64,000 bases of DNA from Octopus sinensis (taxonomy: Eukaryota): positions 38,998,001 through 39,062,000 of the forward strand of contig NC_043000.1 of NCBI RefSeq assembly GCF_006345805.1. The letters run 5' to 3'. Positions 39,831 through 52,422 of the stretch are shown here, piece by piece. The position numbers were made by a program, and so were the translations under genes. Numbering within the stretch: position 1 is the first letter of the stretch; each line of letters begins with the position of its first letter. Below the pieces are notes generated by a model. The model was not told where the DNA came from and did not search any database. It saw nothing but the letters and a program-made list of their open reading frames with translations.

Positions 39831-40655
39831 TGTAGAACTCTAATGCATAAATATATACACACACTCACATACTCACGCACACACACATGTACACACGCAC
39901 ACTCTCACACAAATACTCACATGCGCATGCGCATACACAAACACCCACTCATGGAAACATACACGTACACATATCCATTTAGAAGGGAGGGAATGCCCGC
40001 TAGCTTTCGTCCGTCGAAGACTAGTAGGCTGAAGCTTCGAAGTCACTGTGACAACAATCTTTTTCAAAATACAAGCAGCATTAAATAATTCTACAATTTA
40101 TACACATACACACACAAACATTATATACTACTGAAACACTCATTTGTGTAACAGAGAATTTAAGGTCCACCTCAAGTTTGAGCACTGGACGAAAGTGGGC
40201 CGAACTCTTTAATTGACCTTGGATTGCACTTGTATACTTGTAGAGTTTATTTCAAACCGGCCATACATAGGCCTTGGCCAGAAAATCATTTGGAATAAAC
40301 TAACAAGTCATTTTTATTGACAGCCAGCGTTTCACCAAGAACATCGTCGCTTCTACGTAAATCTTCTCCAGAACGACTATTTGGGAATTTCAGCCACAGC
40401 AGTGGTTCTCAATCGGCATCTGTCTAAGATTTTGTTGTTAAAATATGTCATAAATTAAGAATACTTCCGCGATGCACAAACTGTCTTCACAATTTTTTAA
40501 TATAATTCCTAATAAAATTTAATTCTAAAAACAAGTTTATCTTAACCTTTTTGATGCGACTCTACCCTATACTGTTTTCTCCCCTTTCATTCCCTAATTC
40601 CCTTTTTCACCCCTTCACTGTTTTCTATTTGTCTCTCCCTCTCTCTCCTTCTTTC

Positions 40656-40705
<50 letters not shown>

Positions 40706-41299
40706 CTCTCGTTACTCACGCGTGACCTTCATCCATCTTTCTTTTCCTCGCGTGACCATCATTCTTTTCCTGAACGACTTCCTAAGGACTGGATGTCTTC
40801 TATCTCTCTTCTATTATTTCTCATTTCAAAGAAAATATTTCTCTCAGCGTTCACTATTTTCTCTCGTTCTAGTCTAACGATCCTCCATGTTTGATTTCGT
40901 TCGGTTTCCTTGTATGTCTCCACTGACCTGCTTTTGTTCCCAACTTTAACCTCCAGAAATACAAAATTTTATTTTGGAAGTTATGGGATCAACTTTCTTC
41001 GAAGACTCATATTGTTGTTGAATGCTCGAAATGAGTTGTTTGAGTTTTAATATGCTTGTTTTCGTATTTCATGTTGTTTACAGTTGGTGACTGTCTGGAC
41101 CCATATATGCATATATATATATATAATATATATTATAATATATATATATATATATTGAGCATATATGTATATATGCATATATATTATTTATATAATTATT
41201 TAATTGACGCTGTGCATCCATTTCTAAGTAAGTATACATGCATACATACATACATATATATATTATATATATATATATATATGTGTGCGTGTATATATA

Positions 41300-41349
<50 letters not shown>

Positions 41350-41365
41350 GTGTGTGTGTGTGTGC

Positions 41366-41419
<54 letters not shown>

Positions 41420-41429
41420 AATTATGGGG

Positions 41430-42078
41430 GCTTAGTTCACGGGTGATCTAAACGATTAGGTACACCTGGTAAATGCTACAACGCATTACTGGGACTCCAA
41501 GGTTATAGCCGAGACGGTAGTTAAGGAGTCATTGCAGGTTTCCGATGCAGCGGATATGTAATTGTTAAAGAAGACGTCGAACATTACGGCAAAGAAAACA
41601 TTTCAAGTCATATACAATATTATTACAGGAAGAAATTCAATCTCTTACAGCTGTTTCTGGGATATCCTCGAGTATGGGATACTCCGTAATCAAAGAAAAA
41701 TTGGAGAAACAATATCGAAAATATTAATGAGATGACGACACAGAGGAAGAGGGTAAAAGAATAAAGAGATGGAAAGAGAGAAGAAAAAGAAAGCATAAGT
41801 GTTCATAGTTCAACTTTCCGAAGTTATAGAAACTAAATCATGAGTCCTTAGGTGTAATCCTGCGTAGATCCACGAGGATTACTCTTCTATATTGTCATCT
41901 TATTGATATGTACCATTCTTGTTATCCATCTTTTTCCCAAATTTGTCTCTAATAACAATATATCCCATACTCAAGGATATCACAGAAACAGCTGTAAGAT
42001 TTTGATTTCTTCTCTGTAATAATATGGTATTGGACTTGAGATGTTTACGTTGCCTTAATGTTTGACGTCCTGCTTACA

Positions 42079-42083
<5 letters not shown>
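41430..42083. mobile_element. Fold-back Penelope-like relic with two decayed hammerheads in the inverted arms
   Basis: Arms 41558-41681 and 41961-42083 are about 80% identical by eye. Each contains tatcccatactc.aggatatc.cagaaacagctgtaag, with GAAAC, palindrome ACAGCUGU and GUA. The CUGAUGA is decayed (ttgatta / ctaataa). Confidence 0.6.
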
Positions 42084-42133
<50 letters not shown>

Positions 42134-42283
42134 TTTATATATATCTATATATATATATAATAAATTATATATAATAATATATATATATATTATATGTATA
42201 TATATATATAGATATATATATACATATACTTATATACATAATATATAACATACATAATATATATACATACATTTATTATCTCA

Positions 42284-42349
<66 letters not shown>

Positions 42350-42397
42350 ATATATATATTATATATATAGTATATATATGTATATATATATATAATT

Positions 42398-42770
42398 ATG
42401 TCAGGTCACTTTCGAGTGCTACTGGCAACATGTAACCCAGTACAACCTGTTGCATGGTCGGGTCGTCGGCGACCCCATCAAGCTTGCTTGCTGAGGAGGG
42501 TGTTTATTGGAAACTCTGCGGGATGAAAAACAAAACCCGTCAAAGGGCGGAAGAACTCTTGAGAGTCAACGGCATTCCAATAAATGTCTTATGGCTGTAT
42601 CATGCGCGGAGACATAGAAATAATTGGACTGAATACCCGATCGCGCGGTTAAACCATTAAGAGTGAAGGACTCCTAGCCTTTGTTAGGGCATCCTTCTAG
42701 GAGAAGGTAACTCAGGTAACTGGGATAACTCCGACATATAACCTGCGGCTCAGTAGTTGCCGATGATGTT
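42398..42770 (+). mobile_element. Isolated RTE-family 5' UTR relic
   Basis: Shares collinear blocks with 16850-17334(-): acaacctgtt.catggtcgggtcgtc.gcgac, gcttgcttg.tgagg.gggtgttt.ttgga, gtcaaagggcggaagaact, gtcaacggc, ctaggaga.g.taa.tc. Confidence 0.7.
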
Positions 42771-42869
42771 GACTTGTTTTTCTTTTCGGATTATAGCTGC
42801 TGTTGCTTAGTGAGTGGGATTGACTCAGTGCACAGCCTTTCATCACTTTAAAAAAATATTCTTGCTCAG

Positions 42870-44127
42870 GCATTGCACGGTCAGGTAGGCTCTGAAGTCC
42901 ATCCCGCGTTCCGACCCACCACTCGCACCAAACAGTCGAGCAAAGTGCTGTTGAAAGGCCTCACACATCCTTTCGGGTTCGAGTAAATTGCATCCCTGTT
43001 GATCTATTAGAGACCGAATGGTGGCTTTTTTGCCACGTTGCGCCTCCACTACCTGGGCTTCTCGCGCAGCTTCGATCTCTTCGTTCCTTAAGGCACGCAT
43101 TTTAGCTCTGACGACGCAACCCTCGTGTTTGGCGTTGAGGTGTTGGTCTAGGGTCATCCTCGCAGCCAGTACGTTGGTTGCACTGCCAGTTGTAAGAACC
43201 TCTTTTAGTTTCTTAACTAAGTCTCCCTCTGTTCTATTTCGATCTATCGCTAATTCTTTGCCAAACCTAATCGATTCCGATTTAATTGCCATTTTCAGGG
43301 CAAGCCACCAGCGGTTGTTAACGATGGCTCCTGTTAACGCCCTCTTAATTAACTCACTAATCCGGTTCCTGTAAACCTGCCGCGCTAAGAGCGACATGTT
43401 CAGTTTCTAGTAACCGGGCCCCTACCTATGTGTCTTATCTAAGTCGAGCGTACACGTCACAAATTTGTGATCTGACTATTTTAAATTGTGGACATCCTAC
43501 ACTATCTCTATCTTCTGTCCAACATAGAACTCTATCTAGATACGATATCTACAGTCCGACGCGGTTTGTCTAAGTCCACGTTGGCACATTCGGATGGTCG
43601 AGTCGGAACCTGTCAGACAAATGGAAACGTCTGAGCAGGTCTTTGAGGCACTTACATTCGCTTCTATTCCTATCCATTCCCACATAGTCTAGATGCGTGT
43701 CCAAGGTAGCGTTCCAGTCCCCTACTAACAGTAAAGGTCGAGACGTTCCCAGGAAAACCTCTAGACGTCTGAAGTAATCCGCCCTGCCCGTTAAGGACGG
43801 TGCATACACTGCCATCAGACGGAAAGCACACCCATTTCTGCCATCGACGTCCAAGACAACCAGGTCTAGGAATATTGATCTTACTTTTACGTTTAGACTC
43901 TTCCGAAAAAGCACCGCGGTACCACCACCACCCATGTTTGGCAGACAGGGAGAAAAATAAATGTCGAATTGTCCGTCAAACATGGATGCGAGGGCCCACG
44001 GGTTACTGAGTCTGGTTTCACTGATAGCTTCTATATCAACGTTCAGTGACTTGATGTCATTTAGAAGATAAACTTGCTTCCAAGCTGATGCCAAGCCACG
44101 TACATTCACACAACCTAATTTAAGCAT
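42870..44127 (-). pseudogene. ORF2 N-terminus: apurinic-like endonuclease and linker, disrupted
   Basis: MLKLGCVNVRGL, DIEAISETRL, AVYAPS, LLVGDWNATLD, DRFRLDHPNVPTWT, then WWLALKMAIKSESIRFG and EGCVVRAKMRAL. These are typical Tx1-clade APE and linker motifs. Confidence 0.85.
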
Positions 44128-44130
44128 AAT

Positions 44131-45991
44131 TCATGGTCGAAAATTTGTTTCACACACAACAGTGAAAGAGACGAGAGGGAATGTTACTCCTTTCGAAAGT
44201 TTTAGTAGTTTTCTCCTCTTTTGAAATATCTTGGAGGAGGTTTTTGAAAAGTTTCTTCGACAAGTATTTTGGAACCCCCCGACCGCATTTGGAAAGAGGG
44301 TTTTGAGTGTGTGGTGCTGCGTTTGTGTGATATGTACTAGTTTTATGTGTGTCGGTGGTGTAGTGCGTGGATGGTTGTTCAGTTTAAAGACATCTTCACA
44401 AATGTTTGTGTGAGATGTAATGTAGTTCATTAGTTTTGTATTTTCTGTGTTTATTGCTGTTAGTAGTGTGTGTGTTGTCGCGGTGTCATTGTTGGTTTGA
44501 TTGTGTAAGGGGCTGTCAGGAGTTATATATCTCCCTGCTTTACTTGCATTTGCTTGTTTGGTCGTTTTTTTTTTATCTTTTCCTTTCACCCCCTGTGGCT
44601 ATTTGCCATTCTGTCAAAATTTCGTCGTTAGACGAAAAGTCTGACGAATCAGAAGGGGGTAAAGGCAAAGCATTTGCTTCTATATGTGTGTTTGTAGAAA
44701 TTGTTGTGGTGTGTAGTGTGTGTGTGTGTTGTTGTTGGGGAATTAGGGGCAGAATTTGTCTTTTCTTCAGTGGTATTTGTTTTCTTGTTTGTTGTTCTTG
44801 GTGTTGGTTTATCTGTTGATGTTGGTGGTGGTGTTGTTTCTCTAGCTGGTTGCGGTGTTGGAGGTAACTGTGATGGTGTTGTTTCTCTTCTTGGTGATGT
44901 TGTTGGGTTTTGTTTGCTGGTTTGTTGTTGTTCTTGACGTTGTTCCATTTTTCTGTATATTTCTTGCATCAGTTGTGGGTTCGGTGGTGCTGGTAGCTAA
45001 GGTTGTCTTCTATTTGTATTGTATTTTGATTGCAATTGTTTTTGTTGTTTTTTATGTGCTAAAACGCACTTTGCTATTAAGTGGTCTGGACTGCCGCAGA
45101 GGTAACAACGCGGTTTTTCCCCTCCACCACCACATACAGGCTTTGTCCATTTTCGAGTTGGATCACATTGAGCAATTTTTCGATAGAACCTTGATCCATT
45201 TGGATCGTGATTTCAATCGATTTGCCGGTCCAGTTTTCATTGTGAAAACTGGCGATTTCTATTATGCTTATTGTTTTCAAATGAAAACATATCGCCGATT
45301 TGACCCACTTTGGTTGAATTTCGGGTGGGATATTCTTTATTTTGATTTTGCTTACTCCCTGTCTCATGTAGTATGGGACCATGACGAGTTCATCGTTCTG
45401 TAGTGTTTGCGTAGAGCGCTGTTTTGCCTCTTCCTGATTATGGAAGCGGACCTGCACAGTATTAAATTGGGGACCCCAGTTTATGTATTGTTTTGTTTTC
45501 ATTGTTGTTTTGGCATATTTTTTGTAATTTTTGTTTTAGTTCTGTTCAACTGTTTTGGGGTTTTCCTAATAATTTTAAATACAATTGTTTTCTTTCCACA
45601 TCCTCTCTAACGTGTTGTGGTGTGTGCAGTATTAGGTTTTGTCCGGATGTTGTGAAAAGTGACCGGGTCTCGAGTAACTCTTCATTTGTGAAATGCACAA
45701 TTTCTGGGGTTTTTTTGCTTGAGCATGTCTGCGAAATTAATAGAAACTTTCTTTGTACTGTTGTTGTCGTTTTGGATGTTGGTGGTTGCCGCAGCAAAAT
45801 TAGTGTTAGTTGATAGTGTAGTGGTGGTGGTAATATGTGTATCGGCATTTCCAGGAACAGTGGATGTTGCCTCCTTAATATTAATATTATTATCATCACC
45901 AGTAATAGGTGAGATATTCAAATCCTGCGAAATAGCAGGCATATTTATAGCAATATCATTGATGTTGTTGTTGTTATTCTTGTTGTCATTG

Positions 45992-46032
<41 letters not shown>

Positions 46033-46035
46033 GTT

Positions 46036-46074
<39 letters not shown>

Positions 46075-46368
46075 AATGGTTGTTGTGGCAGCGGAGGTGG
46101 TAGATGTGATAGTTCTGGTGGTGTTGATGGTGGTGGTGGTGGTGGTGGTGGTGGTGGTGGTGGTGGCGATGGCGATGGCAGGGCTGTCAACGACTGTCGA
46201 AATATTATTTATTGTATTGACAGCAATTTCTTTTTCAGCGCTTGTTTTCGAGTGTATGCGATCGAACGATTCGTCGTCTTTTCTTCTTCCATCCATCATT
46301 CCTAGACTGGGAAAGTCTTCGTCGACGAATACTGTCGACCACTGCTCTACAATCAAATTTCTCGACAT
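44131..46368 (-). pseudogene. Frameshifted ORF1 (gag-like, CX2CX4HX4C knuckle) of the Tx1-like LINE
   Basis: Frames 45682-46368, 45077-45502, 44649-44969 and 44131-44589. A frameshifted KPRCYLCGSPDHLIAKC reads at 45066-45107. KIKIKNIPPEIQPKW resembles the L1/Tx1 ORF1 RRM region. A P/T-rich linker follows. Confidence 0.75.
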
Positions 46369-46745
46369 TTTTAATATCGTGAAATAAAATTCGATATTGA
46401 AATGGTGATGAAACTGCCCCTAGGAGCCAATTCCACCCTTAAAAATACCCAAACGAAAGTTGGGCGCTTCACAAACTTCGAAAGCAAAAACTGTAAACAC
46501 GTTAGGCAGACAATACGCTTACACGCCAGACGATACGCTTTCCCGACATATGTAAAAATCGAGAAAGCAAAAATTTTGATATTAAAATAGGGTTGAAATT
46601 GCCCCTAGGGGCAAATTTCCTCTCGGAAAACACACCCAGGCGAAAGTTGGGTGCCTTACACACCCCGTTTGCGAAAATTTAAAGCAAAACTTTTCCAATA
46701 AACAATAGAAAAAGGCGATTAACCTACGAGCCGATGCAACAACGT

Positions 46746-46842
<97 letters not shown>

Positions 46843-47068
46843 TACATTTAGTTATATTTATATAGATTATGCATATATGTATGTGCTTGTATATATACAT
46901 ACATATATACATACGTACATTCATACGTATATGCATACAAACATTCATATACAGGACTGACTTGATGCTTCAACTGGAAACAGCTGTTAAACCTTCTATT
47001 TATAAATGTTCTAAAATTTTCACTGCCTTGGTTTTTTGTCTCATTCTGAAAAAAAAAATATATATATA

Positions 47069-47552
47069 TACAAAATTTAGAGGACTGACCACTAAAGTGG
47101 ACAGCCTATATGCTAAACATAGACGTCAAATCGCCATTACCACGAAGAATATGTTCCCAAGAAAAATCTCAGCAAAAAAAAACAAAATGTAAAAATTAGA
47201 AAGACAAATGAAAATATACGAAATCAAAAACTATTACTTATGTACTATTGGTTTCACTTGTTAATATTTACGTATATGAACGCGCAAATATCTGCAAGAT
47301 CATCAGCATAGTCTGTCGCTTACAAAACACAATTTCCAGAACTAGGTACAGAACGTTCAATTGAAATCCAGCATGTATAAAGTTCTGCAAATTAAATTTA
47401 TGTGTATCTTTCAAATGCCTTCACTTAGTTTTACATTTTGATTTTTTGCTGAGATTTTTCTTGACAACACATTCTTCGTGGTAATGGCAATTTGACGTCT
47501 ATGTTTAGCATATAGGCTGTCCACTTTAGTGGTCAGTTCTCTAAATTTTGTA
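47069..47552. mobile_element. Fold-back element (~120-bp inverted arms) enclosing a hammerhead
   Basis: tacaaaatttagaggactgaccactaaagtggacagcc...aaaatgtaaaa (47069-47195) and its reverse complement (47430-47552). The flanks are TA-rich. Confidence 0.75.
47236..47312 (-). ncRNA. Type-I hammerhead ribozyme with complete core and long helix II
   Basis: AC-UAUG-CUGAUGA-U-CUUG-cag-AUAUUUGCG-(10 nt)-CGUAAAUAU-uaa-CAAG-U-GAAAC-caaua-GUA-CAUA-a-GU. Confidence 0.65.
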
Positions 47553-47642
47553 TGTAACACAATTTTTAATCTTCGATTTTTTAAAAATTTGCTAAATCAA
47601 TTTCTACCTTATTATTTAATTATATATATATATATTATATAT

Positions 47643-47714
<72 letters not shown>

Positions 47715-49600
47715 GAATATATATGAATATATATGCACACGCACACGCGAGTGCACAAACACACACATACATACAACTTGAGGAGGTTTTTTTAAACCAT
47801 AGTTCCGAATCGACCCATGATTTGTGAGTTCATTTCATAGATACAAACTGTAAAGGACCCTCATCAAATACATATGTGTGTTGTGTGTGTGTGCACGTGC
47901 CTGCCAGTGTGTATATGTGTGCGTGCGTCTCTGTCTTTGTGGTGACCTTGTGTTGGTGTTTGTTCCCCACACGACTTGACAGTCGGTGCTGGTTTGTTTA
48001 CGCCCCAATAAATCAACGGTTCGGTATAAATATCGATAGAATATGTACGAGACCTAAAAAGACATAAGAAATGGGAGTCAGTTTGATCGACTGTGGTACC
48101 CTTTATGGCGGCACGACAGCATAGCCGAAGTTCAATGACTGTAACAAGTAAAAGATAAATGACTGATTTGGAAATCCATTATAACGTTAGTTTGAATTAA
48201 AAGAATGAAAATAAGAGCAAAACCCGGAGACCTGTTCATACTTTTACTTAATATTCTAATATTTCGGCTTTAAAAACCTTTATCAAAACAGAATAATTAA
48301 GACTCAGCTCATCTCTGATCTGCATAGGTATGAGCTGAAAGGACTCATGTCACAGATCAGAAGCGTTACATTAGTCAATTAACGCAGCGGAATGTTGCTG
48401 ACAGAAGTAATTAATTTATTAATAAGGTTCTTCTCTTTAATAATCTAATAACCAATATCCTATCTGTGTATTTCATGCTGATCGTAATATCTTGATGATG
48501 AAATCTCTCGGGGTGTTTTGAAGTGGGGAAAGCATGTGGATAGATGTAATCTTAGTTTGGATGTCCAGATGCAATCGAGGTTGCTGTTGTATGGTCTACC
48601 ATATTTATTACATTTTGTATGGTACACCACATAAGCTAACTGCCCTCTTATAACTTAGACATGTATTTATAGGATTATCTTTTGACGAAGCTTTATGATA
48701 GTATGTGCGACCAGTTACTGTAAATAGAGATTTGAGATTAACGATTTCACATAAGAAAATAGATTTATATCCAGGAATATTAAGGGGGGAAAGAACAACA
48801 ACGAATTCAACCGTAAAAGGTATGTTATCTGGTTTAATCCACCTTCTTACTTAATGTAATTTCTAGTAGAGTTAAATACTTCTAAATTTCGTTTAAAAAC
48901 ACCCAGGTGAGTCATATTCGTTTTTCGTGTATCCGAAACGTTATTGCATGCTGCAGCCAGGTGTCTGAGACTAGTTAGCCACAATCGATAAGTACAATTA
49001 CTCATATACTAGCTATCTCATGATACAATTGTTGATCACTCTCCTATTGACCCTAAATGCCAAAGCAAACCAGAAATTTACAACAGCTAATATGATTTAC
49101 TTCAATTAAAGTTTGGAAGACGCAAGCTCATAAATCGGTATGTTTCATTTTAAGAGTCATTACACGAATCAAGGATTCAATTCTTAATTTTACAAGAGAA
49201 CGCCAAAGGTTTATTGAACTTTGTTAGACGACAAAATGAAGTGCAAAGAACTTTAATAATTTCAAGGTATATATTGAGCCACAGAAACAAACACATTTGA
49301 TTATGTTATAATTAAACATTTTGCAACCTTTCTGTCGGGGAAAATTCTCCAAAGTATCACAAAAAACAATAGAAAGGGAGAGTATATGGAGGGTACATAC
49401 GACCATGAAAACGATTTGTTTTCTTTGTAATAACAATTGAACCTCGAACTCGGTCAATTATTCAATTATAAACCATCGTTCCACTGAAAAGTAACCCAAT
49501 AACTTCTACTCACCTCAAATGCCTCGGAAAACCGCAACAATTTTATTCTCTATCTTTGTAACATCCTAATGTACAACTCAAAACCTCACAATTACTCACG

Positions 49601-49649
<49 letters not shown>

Positions 49650-49968
49650 CACACACGCAAACACACTCATGCACATATATATATATATATATATATATAG
49701 GCATGTATGTTTTTTAATGTCTCTATATGTATATCTATATTTATAATGTATATATATATGTATATGTGTATGTGTGTGTGTATGTGTGTGTATGTGTGTA
49801 AACAAAAAATGGAGAAATTTCACCATTTTCTATTTACTTTAAATTTGATTCCTGGTAAACTCATGTTTATCTTTGTCATTGACTGTATTAAATGTGCGTA
49901 ATATGCTTGCATATGTACTTTTATACCTTAGACGGTTATTCCAATCTCTAACTCTAGTAACCTTATAC

Positions 49969-50000
<32 letters not shown>

Positions 50001-50100
50001 ATGTGTATGTGTGTGTGTGTGCGTGTGTGTGCGTGTGTGTATGTATACATATGTGTGTGTATGTATGTATATTTGTATGTATGTATATATATATATATAT

Positions 50101-50162
<62 letters not shown>

Positions 50163-50290
50163 TGATAGATAGATATATACATAGAAATTCCCGGGAACGT
50201 GTAACTGGGTAGCAGCTGTGACATTTTTGCTGCATATTACTCTACCTTTGGTATTCGAGTACTATTTTCTCTGCTGTGTATATATTTATA

Positions 50291-50794
50291 TATAAACAAT
50301 TTATAAGTAAGGGCAAAAGAAAAAATTTCTAATGCCAGAATATATCGAAAATATGCATAACGTCAATAACTATGTAATTTATCACTAGAAGCACGCGTTT
50401 CGAAGAAAGCCGGCAGAAATTTCTAAAAAAGACCCGTTATTACCATATCGGACCGGATTTAAGAGTTAGTTCATAAGAACCTTCCCTTCATCAGTGATAA
50501 ATGCGGCAAAGAAATAAGTGAAATACTTACTTATACCCATGGAAGAAGCGAACACTAAGTCATGAGCACAATTAAGTACCCCAAATATATCCAATATAGA
50601 GAGTTTCTATATGAACTAACTCTGAAATCGGGTCTGATATGGTAATAACGGGATTTTTTTAGAAATTTCTGTCGGCTTTCTTCGAGACGCTTGCTTGTAG
50701 TGATAAATTACATGGTTATTGACGTTATGTCTATTTTCGGCATATTCTGGCATTAGAAATTTTTTCTTTTGCCCTTACTTATAAATTGTTTATA
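50291..50794. mobile_element. Fold-back element with ~185-bp inverted arms; MITE-like or Penelope-derived
   Basis: Arms 50291-50475 and 50608-50794 are highly similar. The minus strand has CUGAUGA (50488-50494) and GAAACGCGU (about 50393-50401). Confidence 0.75.
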
Positions 50795-51080
50795 AATTTA
50801 ACCTTTAAAGGTATTTTTTTATATGCTGGCCATTGATAGAATTTTTTTCGAAAAATTTTATCCTACATTAGATATATATATATCACTGTGACCAGGCTAT
50901 CATTGTTTTAGCCTTCAAATGAGACCACCCCGCTGGGTAAGCGAGCAGGCCAAGAGAAGAAAGAGTGAGAGAAAGTTGTGCCGGAGCCTCGTAAACACTC
51001 ACAACGCCCGGTCTGGGAATCAAAACCGCGATCCTACAACCGCGAGTCCGTTGACCTAACCACTGGGCCATTGCGCCTCC

Positions 51081-51123
<43 letters not shown>

Positions 51124-51637
51124 ATTTATTTATAATTGTTTGTGCGCGTTTTGTGTGTCTGTATGTAAGTAATTAAATCTTATGTATACACCTGGTAATA
51201 TGGGAAACTCACCTAACGGGATCCATCAGCATCGAATGATGTACCATAACCAGTTGTGTAGTTGTTCACCCGCGTGGGGTCGATGCAAGATGGGTCGAAA
51301 CGATCGTTGTGATAATAAAGAATCTCCAGAATACCATTTTCTGGCTCTCCCTTAGTTATATGTATGCATTGTAGTTATACATATGTGTATATATATGAGA
51401 AACATGGGAGATTCAGAGAAAAGAATTGTTTAGTTATCTATAAATTTAAGGGCATAGGTTTCGTATTCTCACGCCCACTCGCTTATATGCACACTTAACT
51501 CAGTGTATATTTTCTTACTATTTTGATCTTCCATACATTTGCTCATGAATACTCTCATACACCTCGCTTTTTTCTCCTTTACCATTATCTCTTCCTCTCT
51601 GTCTCCCTCTGTCTCTCTCTCTGTCTCTATCTCTCTG

Positions 51638-51683
<46 letters not shown>

Positions 51684-51865
51684 GTATTTGTATCTCTCTT
51701 TCCTTTTTTTGTAATGCTCCTCACTTTATCTCTTTTCTCGCCGCTGCTTCTATGTTGTGTGATATCCATCTTTTACATCAGCATCTCATTCCTTTGATGT
51801 AGAAAAATATACGTTTGAAATGCTCAGCAGGCAAAAACCAAAGACAAACAAACGCGCGCATATCG

Positions 51866-51914
<49 letters not shown>

Positions 51915-52422
51915 TCACACGCGCGCGCACACTAACACGCACACGCATACACTGTAGAATTAGAGCTGTTATTTTAAAGAATACAACTTGATATACATAT
52001 GTATGTATGAATGCATAAATGTATGTATGTATGTGTATATGCTGTCTGGCTGAGTGTGTAAACAACACCCACTCGTACATACATGTATTTATGAGTGTCT
52101 CTGAGCGTGTGTGTATGGTGTGTGTGTGTGTGTGTGTATGCATGCGTGTGTGTTTGTTGAGATGGAATTTATGTGTATATTCCTCTAGCAGAGTTGAAAT
52201 GAACGTATTAATATAAGGAAAGACAGAATATGCTTAAGTAAGCTTATAACGCATGCGCATATATCTGTGCTTGCATGTACACACACAACCACACACACAC
52301 ATGCGTGCACATATATATACATATGTATATATATATGTACTGTGTATATAGATGTATATATATATATATATATATAATATATATATATATATATTATATA
52401 TATATATAATATATATATATAT

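Larger units (their letters stand above)
42870..46745 (-). mobile_element. Tx1-like LINE, 5' half (5' UTR, ORF1, APE part of ORF2), 3'-truncated before the RT
   Basis: ORF1 fragments with a zinc knuckle, followed 3 nt later by an APE-type ORF2. The 5' end abuts (GATA)n at 46746-46841. Confidence 0.85.

Noticed and set aside
51235-51315. GUC-GAAAC-GAUC-GUU with palindromic helix III
   Set aside because: No recognisable CUGANGA at a suitable position (best match atgatgt); too degenerate to call.
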